DNA of 64,000 nucleotides, from positions 115,112,397 through 115,176,396 of the forward strand of contig CM097887.1 of NCBI GenBank assembly GCA_044892525.1, read 5' to 3'. The notes beneath the pieces were generated by a model that was not told the DNA's origin, ran no database searches, and saw only the letters and a program-made list of their open reading frames with translations. Shown piece after piece: positions 1 through 9,438 of this stretch. Position 1 is the stretch's first letter; each line of letters opens with the position of its first letter. The stretch is from Schmidtea polychroa (Eukaryota). Position numbers and translations under genes: made by a program.

Positions 1-498
1 AGTACCCCAAGCCCAAATAAAGCACCGAGTAAATCAAATGAAACCGAGGAGGTTGAAGAGATTATCCTAGAAGATAGTGACGATGAACCAGGAGAAAGAT
101 CGCCACTATTAGTGAGATGGCCAACGGGAGCCGAGATCTGGACAACAAGTAGACCGTCGACGAGTTATCAACAACCGGAGAAACTAAACATCGAGGGAAT
201 CATCGACAATACGACAGAAACAGAAACAGATGAACAATTTAGGAAACAAAGAGAACCAACAAGAATAACTCCGGAAGGGCAAACCGATAAAATAATAGAC
301 GAATGGAATGAATGGCTGAGAAATAATGACAGTTCATTGCCCAGAACAGATAATGAAAGAAACCCGAATCACGAAAATACAAGAGAAGCCGGAACAACAA
401 TGGAAAAACGGACTAAAGGGAGACCCAAGAAACAAGGGGAAAAACCCGAATTTAAAACTAAGGAACAATTAAAGCAAGAACAAGGACAAGTCAGATAA
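1..498 (+). CDS. C-terminal part of an upstream ORF (acidic/basic low-complexity linker), open from base 1; probably the upstream part of the polyprotein
   Basis: Frame 1 has no stop from position 1 (STPSPNKAPSKSNETEEVEEIILEDSDDEPGERSPLL...) to TAA at 496-498; it overlaps the next frame, which is open from 473. Confidence 0.7.
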   Translation, partial: STPSPNKAPSKSNETEEVEEIILEDSDDEPGERSPLLVRWPTGAEIWTTSRPSTSYQQPEKLNIEGIIDNTTETETDEQFRKQREPTRITPEGQTDKIIDEWNEWLRNNDSSLPRTDNERNPNHENTREAGTTMEKRTKGRPKKQGEKPEFKTKEQLKQEQGQVR

Positions 499-529
499 AA
501 TAGTATGGGATCTAAAGGAAGCCCAACCC

Positions 530-945
530 ACGATTGAAAGAGGAGAAAAGTGGATACGGGAATTAATAAAAGATATGTTAATAATAACGAACCCGCAACT
601 CAGACGTCTATGGCAACGAAAAGTAGCAAGCATGGAAGCTAGACAGCTATGGCACATCGTGTCAGGGATAATCCCAAAGTTAATCAAGGAGAAAACAAAA
701 ACCACTAAAACGGATTGGGATGAAACGAGGAGAGTAATCGAACAACTCACAACGAATGCAAACGATGATGAACACCATCTAGTAGTAATAACCTATTTGA
801 TGTATAATTTGATGGGATTAGCTGCAAGAAAAATACCCAATAAACAATTCGCAAACCACGTAGAAATGACAGTAGCAATCATAGAAAATACTATCGAACC
901 ACATATTATCCGTGCCGGAGGATGGAAGAGACTCATCCAAGCGCC
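530..945 (+). other. Bcl-2-like domain within the polyprotein
   Basis: BH2-like HIIRAGGWKRL (GGW at 917-925); BH1-like hydrophobic helix HLVVITYLMYNL; BH4-like WIRELIKDML in the upstream frame extension; all-helical pattern. Recognised by eye only. Confidence 0.5.
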
Positions 946-3900
946 ACGGAAAAACGAACAGGAAAGATCAATGCAAGTCAGATTGAAAAAGTTGCTGAAT
1001 GAACTAGAATGGGAATTACCAATGAAAGATCCAGCTAGCAGAAAAGCGTCAATAAACTCGTTAATGATGACTATGATGATATGGATGTTATGTATCAGCG
1101 GAGCAACAGGCTTCACGATCTATGATTGCGATAATTCCGTAATGAGGGATAGATACTCACTAAGAGACATCGAGGAATGTAGACAAGCTTCACCAAATAA
1201 ATTAGATGTCGTGAACAAAAAAGTCTCATATCATGTGTATCAGGAATCGGATTTCATCAGGACGCTAGCCAAAGAGTGCGTAGTATCAAAGCGTGTGTTG
1301 GCATACTATTGCGGACAATATTCATATTCAACTCTTATACTACCCGGATTGGATAAAGAAATAGTGCCCATACAAAGTGAGGATTGCAAAGAACTGTTTA
1401 GAACCAGAGCGATGAGGATCCGAGACGGAGTAACAATACACGGGCAAAGTGGAATGATCAAAACAGAAAGCATTTACGTAGCCGGACGCGTAAAATCAAC
1501 TGATGGAACATGTAATGGAGGTACGTATACGATCAGAGGAGAGGCGATATCGGGAGTAGTAGTAATCGAGTCATATACAGTTGAGTTAAAAGAATACGAA
1601 GCACAATTTGACGCCAATAATTATCAAATGAAGACCAACCCAGCATGTAGAGCTACGGAAAACGTATGCAAGACGGGGGTTTCGACCATAATATATGAAG
1701 CTAACACCCAAAAATGCCGACTTCAATTGTTGAAAAGTGCTCTGTTCAACGAAGTAAAAGGGGAAATTTATGAGAACGAGGATGATGAGGACGGAAATGG
1801 AAAAGTGAGAATGCGAAATGGAAAACCAGTACTACCATCGCCCAAAGAAAAAAGGCTCACCACACAAAAAACACCAACAGCACTGATCACAGACGATCCG
1901 GACCTAGGCATGAGATTCATCAGAGGGAAGGAGACCACCAAATGCGATAGTATCGTCTACAAGACCAACTACGCAGGTATCTACATGTCACGGCAGATAA
2001 TAGATAGAGCAGTGGGAAAGATAGCCACAGAGGACGTCAAATTGTACCTATATGCTAATAACAAAATGGATTTTTTATTCCATCGTGGACAAACGACACT
2101 GCAAAAAGTATACTACGATCTTATACAAAACGATTGTTCATTAAATAAGGAGATACTGAAAACAAAACTAGCTATAGCGATAACGCACCCTGATAATACG
2201 ATGCCATCACTCCCATTACCGGATGGACATTTTGGTAGGATGGTGGGAGAAGTGATGTATACATATGCATGTACTAAGACGTTTGCACGAATGCCAGAAA
2301 AACCCACGATACCACCAGGGAAATGTGCAAACGAGTTGGAAATTCGTTATAAAGGGCAAAATCGATTCGTCCAACCAGTTACCAGAATTATGAACCCATT
2401 AGGTTTCTACCCAAATCTCTTTAACTGTTCCAATGCGTACGGACCATTATACGAGAGACCCGATGGGAAATGGATAATGTTACCGGTGAGGGCCACAGTG
2501 GAGGAACCCAAGAAGTTTGGATTAATAGAACTCGCTACGGAGCAAGATTTCAAGCCCATAGATGTATCAAACGGAGGCATGTATTCCGCAGCGGATCTAG
2601 AAACAGCACGGCTAAACATACTTTTCCCAGCCAGACGAGAATCAATATTATCAAACATGGTCACAATAACGGGGGGAACGAACTATCAATCAGGTCCAAA
2701 TTATGAACTACTACTATCACCAGAACATTTCCAACACGCAACGTCAAATATGATGAAGGCAATGTGGGGAAGATTCTTAGTATTCGGACAAATGATGGCA
2801 GGAATATTGGGAATCATACTCATAATTCAAATTGTCAGAGTAATATTGACACAAATGTTAGCCTGTTTCGATATATACAAAAGAGAAAAGAAAGTAAATT
2901 GGAAAATGATAGTAGGGTTTCTACCATTTTTAGCAAAAACCATGGTATTACATCGTCACTCAAAAGATATTCATCGAATAAAGCGATTGATCAAAATATT
3001 AACCAAGATTAAAGGAACCGATGAGGAAATAGGTAGACGATTCCGAAAAACCATGTACGACGAAGCAACGAGAAGACAACTGAAAAAGAACAAGCCAAAA
3101 TTCTTAGACCGATTCAGGAGTCAATCATCTAACAGCGATAGTGACGATGACGACGAAGGGAACCACAAATATCCGTATCCCAGCGGACATCCAAAGGAAA
3201 AGCAAATTGAAACCGCACCGTATTGGGAGAAGGATAAGACAAACACCTGGATAGCCAACGGAAGTTATATACCACCGGACATCGTTGGACAACAAGCAGC
3301 CCTGACCATGACACAAAATATGTATCCACAATTACCCAATCAATCCGGAATGAATTATATGCCGACGAGGAGAACCAGAAGTGTAGATCAAGCGGACGAT
3401 GTACGGACAATAGCAGCAATGAGTTTACCTGGAGGTCCGGCAGTAACAGTCATGATCCAAATCAACGGAAAAGAAACAAATGCTATGATCGACACCGGAG
3501 CTAACGTATCAGCAATAGCAATTAATCAAATTCCCAGCAGATATTGGAAAGATATCGAGTCAACAACAATCCACATCATAGCATGCAGTAAAGAAACAGT
3601 AGACGTGGTCGGAAGATGGTGGACCACCTTAAAATACCAAGATAACGAAATTGAAACGTATTTAGCAGTAATACCAAAACTAAGTGTACCATGCATAATC
3701 GGAACAGATCTAATGCCAGAACTACTAAAAGAAGTAGTAATCGATTTAACAACAATGTGCCTAAAGGATAAAACCGGCAGAATATGCACAATGAATGCGA
3801 TAATCAGATGTCCAGAAAAAATAATCGTACCAGCAAAATCACAGATGATCTGTCAAATAAAAGTAGACACGGGAATGGAAGGGGAAGTTATTTTCGAACC

Positions 3901-6871
3901 AAGTAAATCGTTTGAAAAACGACGAGAATTACCGCTAGCAAGAGAAATAATAACAATAAATCAAGAAGGAATGATACCGATCAACATCACGAATTTCGAA
4001 GAGGAAGACAAAATCATCTATGAGAATGAAAAATTGGGAAAATTGACCCCAATGATGGATATAGAACTACCAAAAGTGACCAACGACACAACCAAAAACG
4101 ACGAATTATGGACAATCGACAGTACATTGTTAACAGCTGCCGAAAAGAGAAAATTGCACCGATTGTTAGTGGAATACAAAGATATATTCGCCATCTCAGA
4201 TTTGGATTTGGGTACATGTGATGTCACCCTACATGCAATTCCACTGATAGATGAAACTCCAATCGCATTAAGACCATACAAACTAGCAGAAATGCAAAAA
4301 GAAATAGCTGAAGCAGAAGTGCAAAAGATGCTAGATGCAAAAGTAATCGAACCAAGTTGCTCACCTTGGCAGTTTCCAGTGGTCATGGTGAAAAAGAAAG
4401 ATGGCACGCAAAGATTCTGTATCGATTATCGAAAATTAAATGCAGTAACAAAGAGGGATACCTATCCATTGCCAGACATTAATGAAATGTTACTCATGTT
4501 GCAGGGGGCAGCATATTTTACTTCTTTAGATTTAAAAAGTGGATACTGGCAGATTAAAGTCAAAGATGAGGACAAAGAGAAGACCGCTTTCACTTTGGGG
4601 CGAGATCTATATCAGTTCAGGAAAATGCCATTCGGACTAACTAACGCACCAGCATCATTTCAAAGGTGTATGAACTTTGTCACTCATGGAATAAAACAGT
4701 GTATGGTATATATTGATGATTTACTAATATATTCAGCGACCTTTGAACAACATCTGGAGGATATCCGAAATGTATTTATTCGATTACGACAATGGAAACT
4801 CAAACTCAAACCTTCCAAATGCGATTGGGCAAAGGAAAAGGTTACGTTTTTAGGACACATAGTGTCAGCCAAAGGAAAAGAGCCAGACCCAAGAAACATC
4901 GAAAAAATAAAAACATGTCCAGCACCAAAAACTGTCACCCAAGTTCAGGAATTTCTCGGACTATGTGGATACTACCGTAAATTTATCAAAAATTATGCCG
5001 GAATTGCAAAACCAATCCAAGAACTGGTAAAGAAAGACATCTCATTCAGTTGGGGAAAAGAACAACAGGAGGCATTCGAGACGTTGAGAGATAAATTGAT
5101 TGAAGCACCAATCCTCGTACATCCGGATTTCAAGAAGCCATTTCTATTGGCAACAGACGCAAGCGGATATGCGGCCGGAGCAATTTTAGTCCAACTGGAT
5201 GACGAGGGAAAAGAGAGAGTAATTGGATATTACAGTCGAACATTCAAAAAGCATGAGAAGAACTATTCGGTAACAGAAAGAGAAGCATTAGCTATAATAC
5301 AAGCCATCAAACACTTCCGATATTTACTATGGGGACATGAGATATGCATAACCACAGATCATCAACCATTGGTGTGGTTAGGGCAACATAAAGAAGCGTC
5401 AAGTAGACTAATGAGATGGGCCATGCAATTACAAGAATACTCCCCATTTATAAAATTCAAAGCAGGAAGAGCAAATGCCAACGCCGATTGTATGTCAAGA
5501 TTTATTTTTCCAGATTTGGTGGATTCGGAAATGCAACGCATATGCTTAATAGTAGCGGAAGATTTGGACTTTTGCCAACTGCGAAAGGACCAACAAGAAG
5601 ACGCAGAATTAAAGCAAATTATCGATTATGTAAAAACAGGAAAAACCGAAGTGTATGCGAAAGACCAGAAATTAAAAGAACATATGGATAAACATCGACA
5701 TCGATACATTATAGATAAAGATTGGTTGCTAATAATGGATGGCGAAAAACGATTAATGTGCATACCGGAAAACAGACGAAAAGAGTTACTAACGCAATAT
5801 CACGATGGAAGATTGGGTGGACACATGTCATCAAAAAAGACTTTAGCAAGAATGAAACAGAAATATTTTTGGCCTGCGCTAACCGAAGACGTAACCGAAT
5901 GGGTGAAAAATTGTCTAACTTGTGCAACCAGGAAGAATACTGGATCGAAATGGAAAGCGCCGTTAACGCCAATGCCAGTACCGATAGAACCAATGACAAT
6001 GATATCAATGGACGTAGTCGGTCCATTACCCGAATCGGATAAAGGAAACGTTTATATTTTGGTAATTACGGATTACCTCACGAAATTCCCAGAGGCATTT
6101 GCTATGCCGGATCAAAAAGCTAAAACAATCGCAAATATCTTGGTAGAAGAAATATGTTGCCGATATGGAACGCCGAAGCAAATATTAACAGATCAAGGCA
6201 CAAATTTCATGAGTGAGATCATGAGCGAGGTGACCAACTACTTCAAAATCGCAAAGTTGAGAACATCACCGTATCACCCTCAAACAAACGGGATGACGGA
6301 AAGATTTAACGGAACACTTATCCAAATGTTGTCGAATTACGTCGACCGTCACCAACGAGATTGGGACGAATATATTAACCTATGTCTTATGGCTTATAGA
6401 ATGTCAATTCACGCATCAACAAAAATGAGCCCATTCAAATTAATGTACGGAAGGGAATGTAACATGCCAATGGACCTAGAATATCAACCACCAATATCGC
6501 AATATATGGAGATACACGATTATGTCACAAAATTCAAAGAAAGAATGCAGGAAATTTGGGAAACCGCGGGACTAAACATCAAATTCTACCAGGAAAGTTA
6601 TAAAGATTTACATGATCGAAAGAAAAACGTGAAGCAACATACCTTGCAGATAGGCGATTGGGTAATGATAGAAACACCAGAACTGATTCCGGGAACCACA
6701 AAAAAGTTACAACGAAACGGAAAAGGGCCATATGAGATCTTATTTGTAGGCGAAACTAACGTAAGAGTGAAATTGGTGAATAATCCGTTCACCAGGCCAA
6801 TATACGTAAATGTAGACGATGTAAACCAATCCCAAAAACAGCCATCAGTCAACCAGAAGGCCGTACGTTAA
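575..6871 (+). CDS. pol: Polyprotein: Bcl-2-like domain, internal signal, class III fusion glycoprotein, TM, tail, aspartic protease, RT, RNase H, integrase
   Basis: PR MIDTGANVSAI (~3484); RT PWQFPVVMVKKKDGTQRFCIDYRKLN, LDLKSGYWQI, MPFGLTNAP, YIDDLL (~4709); RH LATDASG, ITTDHQPL; IN H..H..CLTC, MDVVGP, TDQG, ERFN, GPYEI. The frame is open from 473. Confidence 0.95.
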   Translation: MLIITNPQLRRLWQRKVASMEARQLWHIVSGIIPKLIKEKTKTTKTDWDETRRVIEQLTTNANDDEHHLVVITYLMYNLMGLAARKIPNKQFANHVEMTVAIIENTIEPHIIRAGGWKRLIQAPRKNEQERSMQVRLKKLLNELEWELPMKDPASRKASINSLMMTMMIWMLCISGATGFTIYDCDNSVMRDRYSLRDIEECRQASPNKLDVVNKKVSYHVYQESDFIRTLAKECVVSKRVLAYYCGQYSYSTLILPGLDKEIVPIQSEDCKELFRTRAMRIRDGVTIHGQSGMIKTESIYVAGRVKSTDGTCNGGTYTIRGEAISGVVVIESYTVELKEYEAQFDANNYQMKTNPACRATENVCKTGVSTIIYEANTQKCRLQLLKSALFNEVKGEIYENEDDEDGNGKVRMRNGKPVLPSPKEKRLTTQKTPTALITDDPDLGMRFIRGKETTKCDSIVYKTNYAGIYMSRQIIDRAVGKIATEDVKLYLYANNKMDFLFHRGQTTLQKVYYDLIQNDCSLNKEILKTKLAIAITHPDNTMPSLPLPDGHFGRMVGEVMYTYACTKTFARMPEKPTIPPGKCANELEIRYKGQNRFVQPVTRIMNPLGFYPNLFNCSNAYGPLYERPDGKWIMLPVRATVEEPKKFGLIELATEQDFKPIDVSNGGMYSAADLETARLNILFPARRESILSNMVTITGGTNYQSGPNYELLLSPEHFQHATSNMMKAMWGRFLVFGQMMAGILGIILIIQIVRVILTQMLACFDIYKREKKVNWKMIVGFLPFLAKTMVLHRHSKDIHRIKRLIKILTKIKGTDEEIGRRFRKTMYDEATRRQLKKNKPKFLDRFRSQSSNSDSDDDDEGNHKYPYPSGHPKEKQIETAPYWEKDKTNTWIANGSYIPPDIVGQQAALTMTQNMYPQLPNQSGMNYMPTRRTRSVDQADDVRTIAAMSLPGGPAVTVMIQINGKETNAMIDTGANVSAIAINQIPSRYWKDIESTTIHIIACSKETVDVVGRWWTTLKYQDNEIETYLAVIPKLSVPCIIGTDLMPELLKEVVIDLTTMCLKDKTGRICTMNAIIRCPEKIIVPAKSQMICQIKVDTGMEGEVIFEPSKSFEKRRELPLAREIITINQEGMIPINITNFEEEDKIIYENEKLGKLTPMMDIELPKVTNDTTKNDELWTIDSTLLTAAEKRKLHRLLVEYKDIFAISDLDLGTCDVTLHAIPLIDETPIALRPYKLAEMQKEIAEAEVQKMLDAKVIEPSCSPWQFPVVMVKKKDGTQRFCIDYRKLNAVTKRDTYPLPDINEMLLMLQGAAYFTSLDLKSGYWQIKVKDEDKEKTAFTLGRDLYQFRKMPFGLTNAPASFQRCMNFVTHGIKQCMVYIDDLLIYSATFEQHLEDIRNVFIRLRQWKLKLKPSKCDWAKEKVTFLGHIVSAKGKEPDPRNIEKIKTCPAPKTVTQVQEFLGLCGYYRKFIKNYAGIAKPIQELVKKDISFSWGKEQQEAFETLRDKLIEAPILVHPDFKKPFLLATDASGYAAGAILVQLDDEGKERVIGYYSRTFKKHEKNYSVTEREALAIIQAIKHFRYLLWGHEICITTDHQPLVWLGQHKEASSRLMRWAMQLQEYSPFIKFKAGRANANADCMSRFIFPDLVDSEMQRICLIVAEDLDFCQLRKDQQEDAELKQIIDYVKTGKTEVYAKDQKLKEHMDKHRHRYIIDKDWLLIMDGEKRLMCIPENRRKELLTQYHDGRLGGHMSSKKTLARMKQKYFWPALTEDVTEWVKNCLTCATRKNTGSKWKAPLTPMPVPIEPMTMISMDVVGPLPESDKGNVYILVITDYLTKFPEAFAMPDQKAKTIANILVEEICCRYGTPKQILTDQGTNFMSEIMSEVTNYFKIAKLRTSPYHPQTNGMTERFNGTLIQMLSNYVDRHQRDWDEYINLCLMAYRMSIHASTKMSPFKLMYGRECNMPMDLEYQPPISQYMEIHDYVTKFKERMQEIWETAGLNIKFYQESYKDLHDRKKNVKQHTLQIGDWVMIETPELIPGTTKKLQRNGKGPYEILFVGETNVRVKLVNNPFTRPIYVNVDDVNQSQKQPSVNQKAVR
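1052..2950 (+). other. Env-like class III fusion glycoprotein (chuvirus/Monjiviricetes G, gB-like) within the polyprotein
   Basis: Signal-like INSLMMTMMIWMLCISGATG|FTIYDC. Cys pattern ECVV..YYCG, DCKELF, DGTCNGG, central helix NDCSLNKEILKTKLAIA, GEVMYTYAC, CANELEI..FVQPVTRI, CSN..P.Y..GKW, GMYSAADLE. TM FLVFGQMMAGILGIILIIQIVRVIL at 2774-2848. Confidence 0.85.
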
Positions 6872-6894
6872 CCACACGTTCGCAAACTTACCGA

Positions 6895-9438
6895 ATGAAC
6901 ATGATGCAACAGCTCGCAGAACCAACGACTGGACGATTGGGTATCCAACCATCAGAAGCTGAAAAGATTGTAACGGAGGTAAAGATTAAAATACCCGGAT
7001 GGGCAAAAGATAGACTAGACTTCGAAATATTAGGAGGACTATTGACAATGATCGAAAACTATGCAAACAGAGAAAGAACGCATCCGTTGTTACGAGTAGT
7101 CAAAAGCCAATGGCCGATATTATTTACCGTAACAGATCCTTATGGAGACACACCATTACATAAACTTATGAAAGTAGGCAACAACGAACAAATACTAGAG
7201 ACAATAGAAGCATTTCACGACTGCAATAGATCAACAGAACAAGAAAACAACCAGGGTTACACACCATTAATGATAGCAGCAAACAGAGGCAAAACAAAAG
7301 ACATTATAATCGCATTACTCGACACCGGATCAAAGATAACCACACAAGATCGTAATCAGAAGAACGCGCTGCATCATGCAATTGAAGGGAGAAGTTCCGA
7401 AGCATTCACGACGTTGATGGAACTACTAGCATATGAAGATAATCGAGAAGTCGGAAACATGTATGACGGTTTATTAACCGCAATCAAAGAGAAATTGACA
7501 ACAATTACCGGAATATTGATTACATGGAGAAATCCAATCAAAAATGATTACATGATCGACGTAAACGAAGCATTCACGAGAGGAGAGAACACGCTTATGA
7601 GAGAAGCCATGAAAGGACATCATTTATTCGAAATCCCAAATCAATTAATGGAACGAGGAATAAAATTCACAAACCATAAAGACGAACAGCTATTAAAAAA
7701 GCGAACTGACACATTCGAAAAATCCATATTCCAATTCGTTAACCAAGCACGAAATAAACATTGGGAAACAGTAAGTGTGCTATATATGATGGACACAATG
7801 AACAACATTCGCGAGAATTACTTAGATATTATTCAAACACTTACAGCGGAAGAACGAATCAATAATTCAACCAGTAAGAAAACAAAAATAAAGAAAGGAA
7901 CATCAAAAGAACCAAAGTCGCAAACGAATCAAATTGCAGCAAATAATGTCAGCAAAACGAAACCAAGAAATTTAGATCAAGAAACAATAATACGCAAAGC
8001 GAAAGAAGTATTCTTTGAGGAAATGCTAGAGTTATCAGACGAAATGATATTGGCTAAAATAATAAAGACCGTACACACATACGCAAGGGATCAAACAACA
8101 GAGTTGGATATCGGAAAAATCAAAACCTTCATGCCACGAGCATTTACCATGTTAACCAAGGATCAAAGAACGTCGTTACAACAGGCAATACTAGCAGCAA
8201 AGGAAAACCGAGCAATAACGATAATAAGAATCCTCAGAGATTTGGGTAAGGAAACCAACACGAAAAACGAACAACGCGAAACCGCCATGATGTATGCAGC
8301 TATAACAAAAATACACCCAAAAACACTCCATATACTACATCAATCAGGATCAAGACTGGATGAAAAATCAACCGAAGGGAACTCCACAATGGACTGGGCA
8401 ACCATACAGCCGAACCTAGAAATGATCAGGTTCATATGCAAAAATGCGACAAAGGAAGAAGTTGAAAATATTTGCAAAAACACATCTCATTTTCAGTGGA
8501 ATACGGTACGGGAAAATCTAGAAGCCATGAAATTATTATTAACATGGAGAGTGCCGCAAAGTAATAAATACGCGATTAACGTAAACGAATTTTATGAGAA
8601 CGGTGAAAACACAATGGTCAAAAATACATTAACTAAAGGGGGGACACCTAAGATCATACTAATTGTATTGAATAGAGAAGATCTGAGATTCACGAAAAAC
8701 CCAAACGAACATCAACGAATTGGAAAACACCGCCGTATACAACTGAGAGAACTAGTGAAGGAATGGAATCGGAAAAGACACGCAGCAACCGGGAGAAAAG
8801 AGTTCGAATTCGAGGCTAAACTAGCAAGAAACAGAGTACTAACAGCATACCGAAGATTATTAAACGATATAAATGTCGAGGACGACATTTTAAACGACAG
8901 CGGGGGAGATAAATTCGATGATAATGACGGAAAGGGTCGAAAAGAGGATAAAGAGAAAAGAAAACCGGAAGAGGATAACCCGGAAAACAAAGACCCAGGT
9001 ACGGGAAAGGACGGAAACAACCCGGGAAACAAGACGAAAGAGGAGGAAAAACCGAATAATGGAAAACAGAGGGTATGCCTACCTTTCACCAACAAAGAAA
9101 TAGAAACAAATATGATACTAATGATAATTGTCCTAACCATGATAGAATTAGTAACAGCCCATGGAGAGACGAGAACGTTAAAAGAGACCAAAGAAGCAGA
9201 GAACCACGACAACAAAAAGGAGGAGCTGAAGCCAGAAAAGAAAAAACAAGTACAAGAGCAACAATGGGATCTGAAGGAGGAGTGGGATCTAAAGGAAAGA
9301 TGTATACTGGGAAGATGCATGTCTAAAGCATATCGGAGATTAGTGTTAATGAACGAGGACACAGAACCGATAACGGAAGTGGGAATACAAGAAGCATACC
9401 AACACCGGAACGGGAAGAGAATAACGAAAGTTAAATGA
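6895..9438 (+). CDS. Ankyrin-repeat protein with two duplicated ANK modules; probably the continuation of the polyprotein (frame open from 6784)
   Basis: GDTPLHKL, GYTPLMIAA, KNALHHAI, RETAMMYAA, GNSTMDWA. Internal duplication: LITWRNP..IDVNE..GENT..FTNHKDE versus LLTWRVP..INVNE..GENT..FTKNPNE. Confidence 0.9.
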   Translation: MNMMQQLAEPTTGRLGIQPSEAEKIVTEVKIKIPGWAKDRLDFEILGGLLTMIENYANRERTHPLLRVVKSQWPILFTVTDPYGDTPLHKLMKVGNNEQILETIEAFHDCNRSTEQENNQGYTPLMIAANRGKTKDIIIALLDTGSKITTQDRNQKNALHHAIEGRSSEAFTTLMELLAYEDNREVGNMYDGLLTAIKEKLTTITGILITWRNPIKNDYMIDVNEAFTRGENTLMREAMKGHHLFEIPNQLMERGIKFTNHKDEQLLKKRTDTFEKSIFQFVNQARNKHWETVSVLYMMDTMNNIRENYLDIIQTLTAEERINNSTSKKTKIKKGTSKEPKSQTNQIAANNVSKTKPRNLDQETIIRKAKEVFFEEMLELSDEMILAKIIKTVHTYARDQTTELDIGKIKTFMPRAFTMLTKDQRTSLQQAILAAKENRAITIIRILRDLGKETNTKNEQRETAMMYAAITKIHPKTLHILHQSGSRLDEKSTEGNSTMDWATIQPNLEMIRFICKNATKEEVENICKNTSHFQWNTVRENLEAMKLLLTWRVPQSNKYAINVNEFYENGENTMVKNTLTKGGTPKIILIVLNREDLRFTKNPNEHQRIGKHRRIQLRELVKEWNRKRHAATGRKEFEFEAKLARNRVLTAYRRLLNDINVEDDILNDSGGDKFDDNDGKGRKEDKEKRKPEEDNPENKDPGTGKDGNNPGNKTKEEEKPNNGKQRVCLPFTNKEIETNMILMIIVLTMIELVTAHGETRTLKETKEAENHDNKKEELKPEKKKQVQEQQWDLKEEWDLKERCILGRCMSKAYRRLVLMNEDTEPITEVGIQEAYQHRNGKRITKVK

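Noticed and set aside
1112-2850. Errantivirus (baculovirus F-like, class I) env
   Set aside because: No RxxR-fusion peptide-heptad layout; the YDC start, Cys spacing and central helix fit class III chuvirus/gB-type proteins.
6825-6845. CCCAAAAA as a programmed -1 frameshift site between IN and ANK
   Set aside because: The heptamer is not phased as X XXY YYZ in the pol frame, and the conserved V(E/D)RCKP ending requires the shift earlier (~6816); a 1-nt deletion is the simpler explanation.
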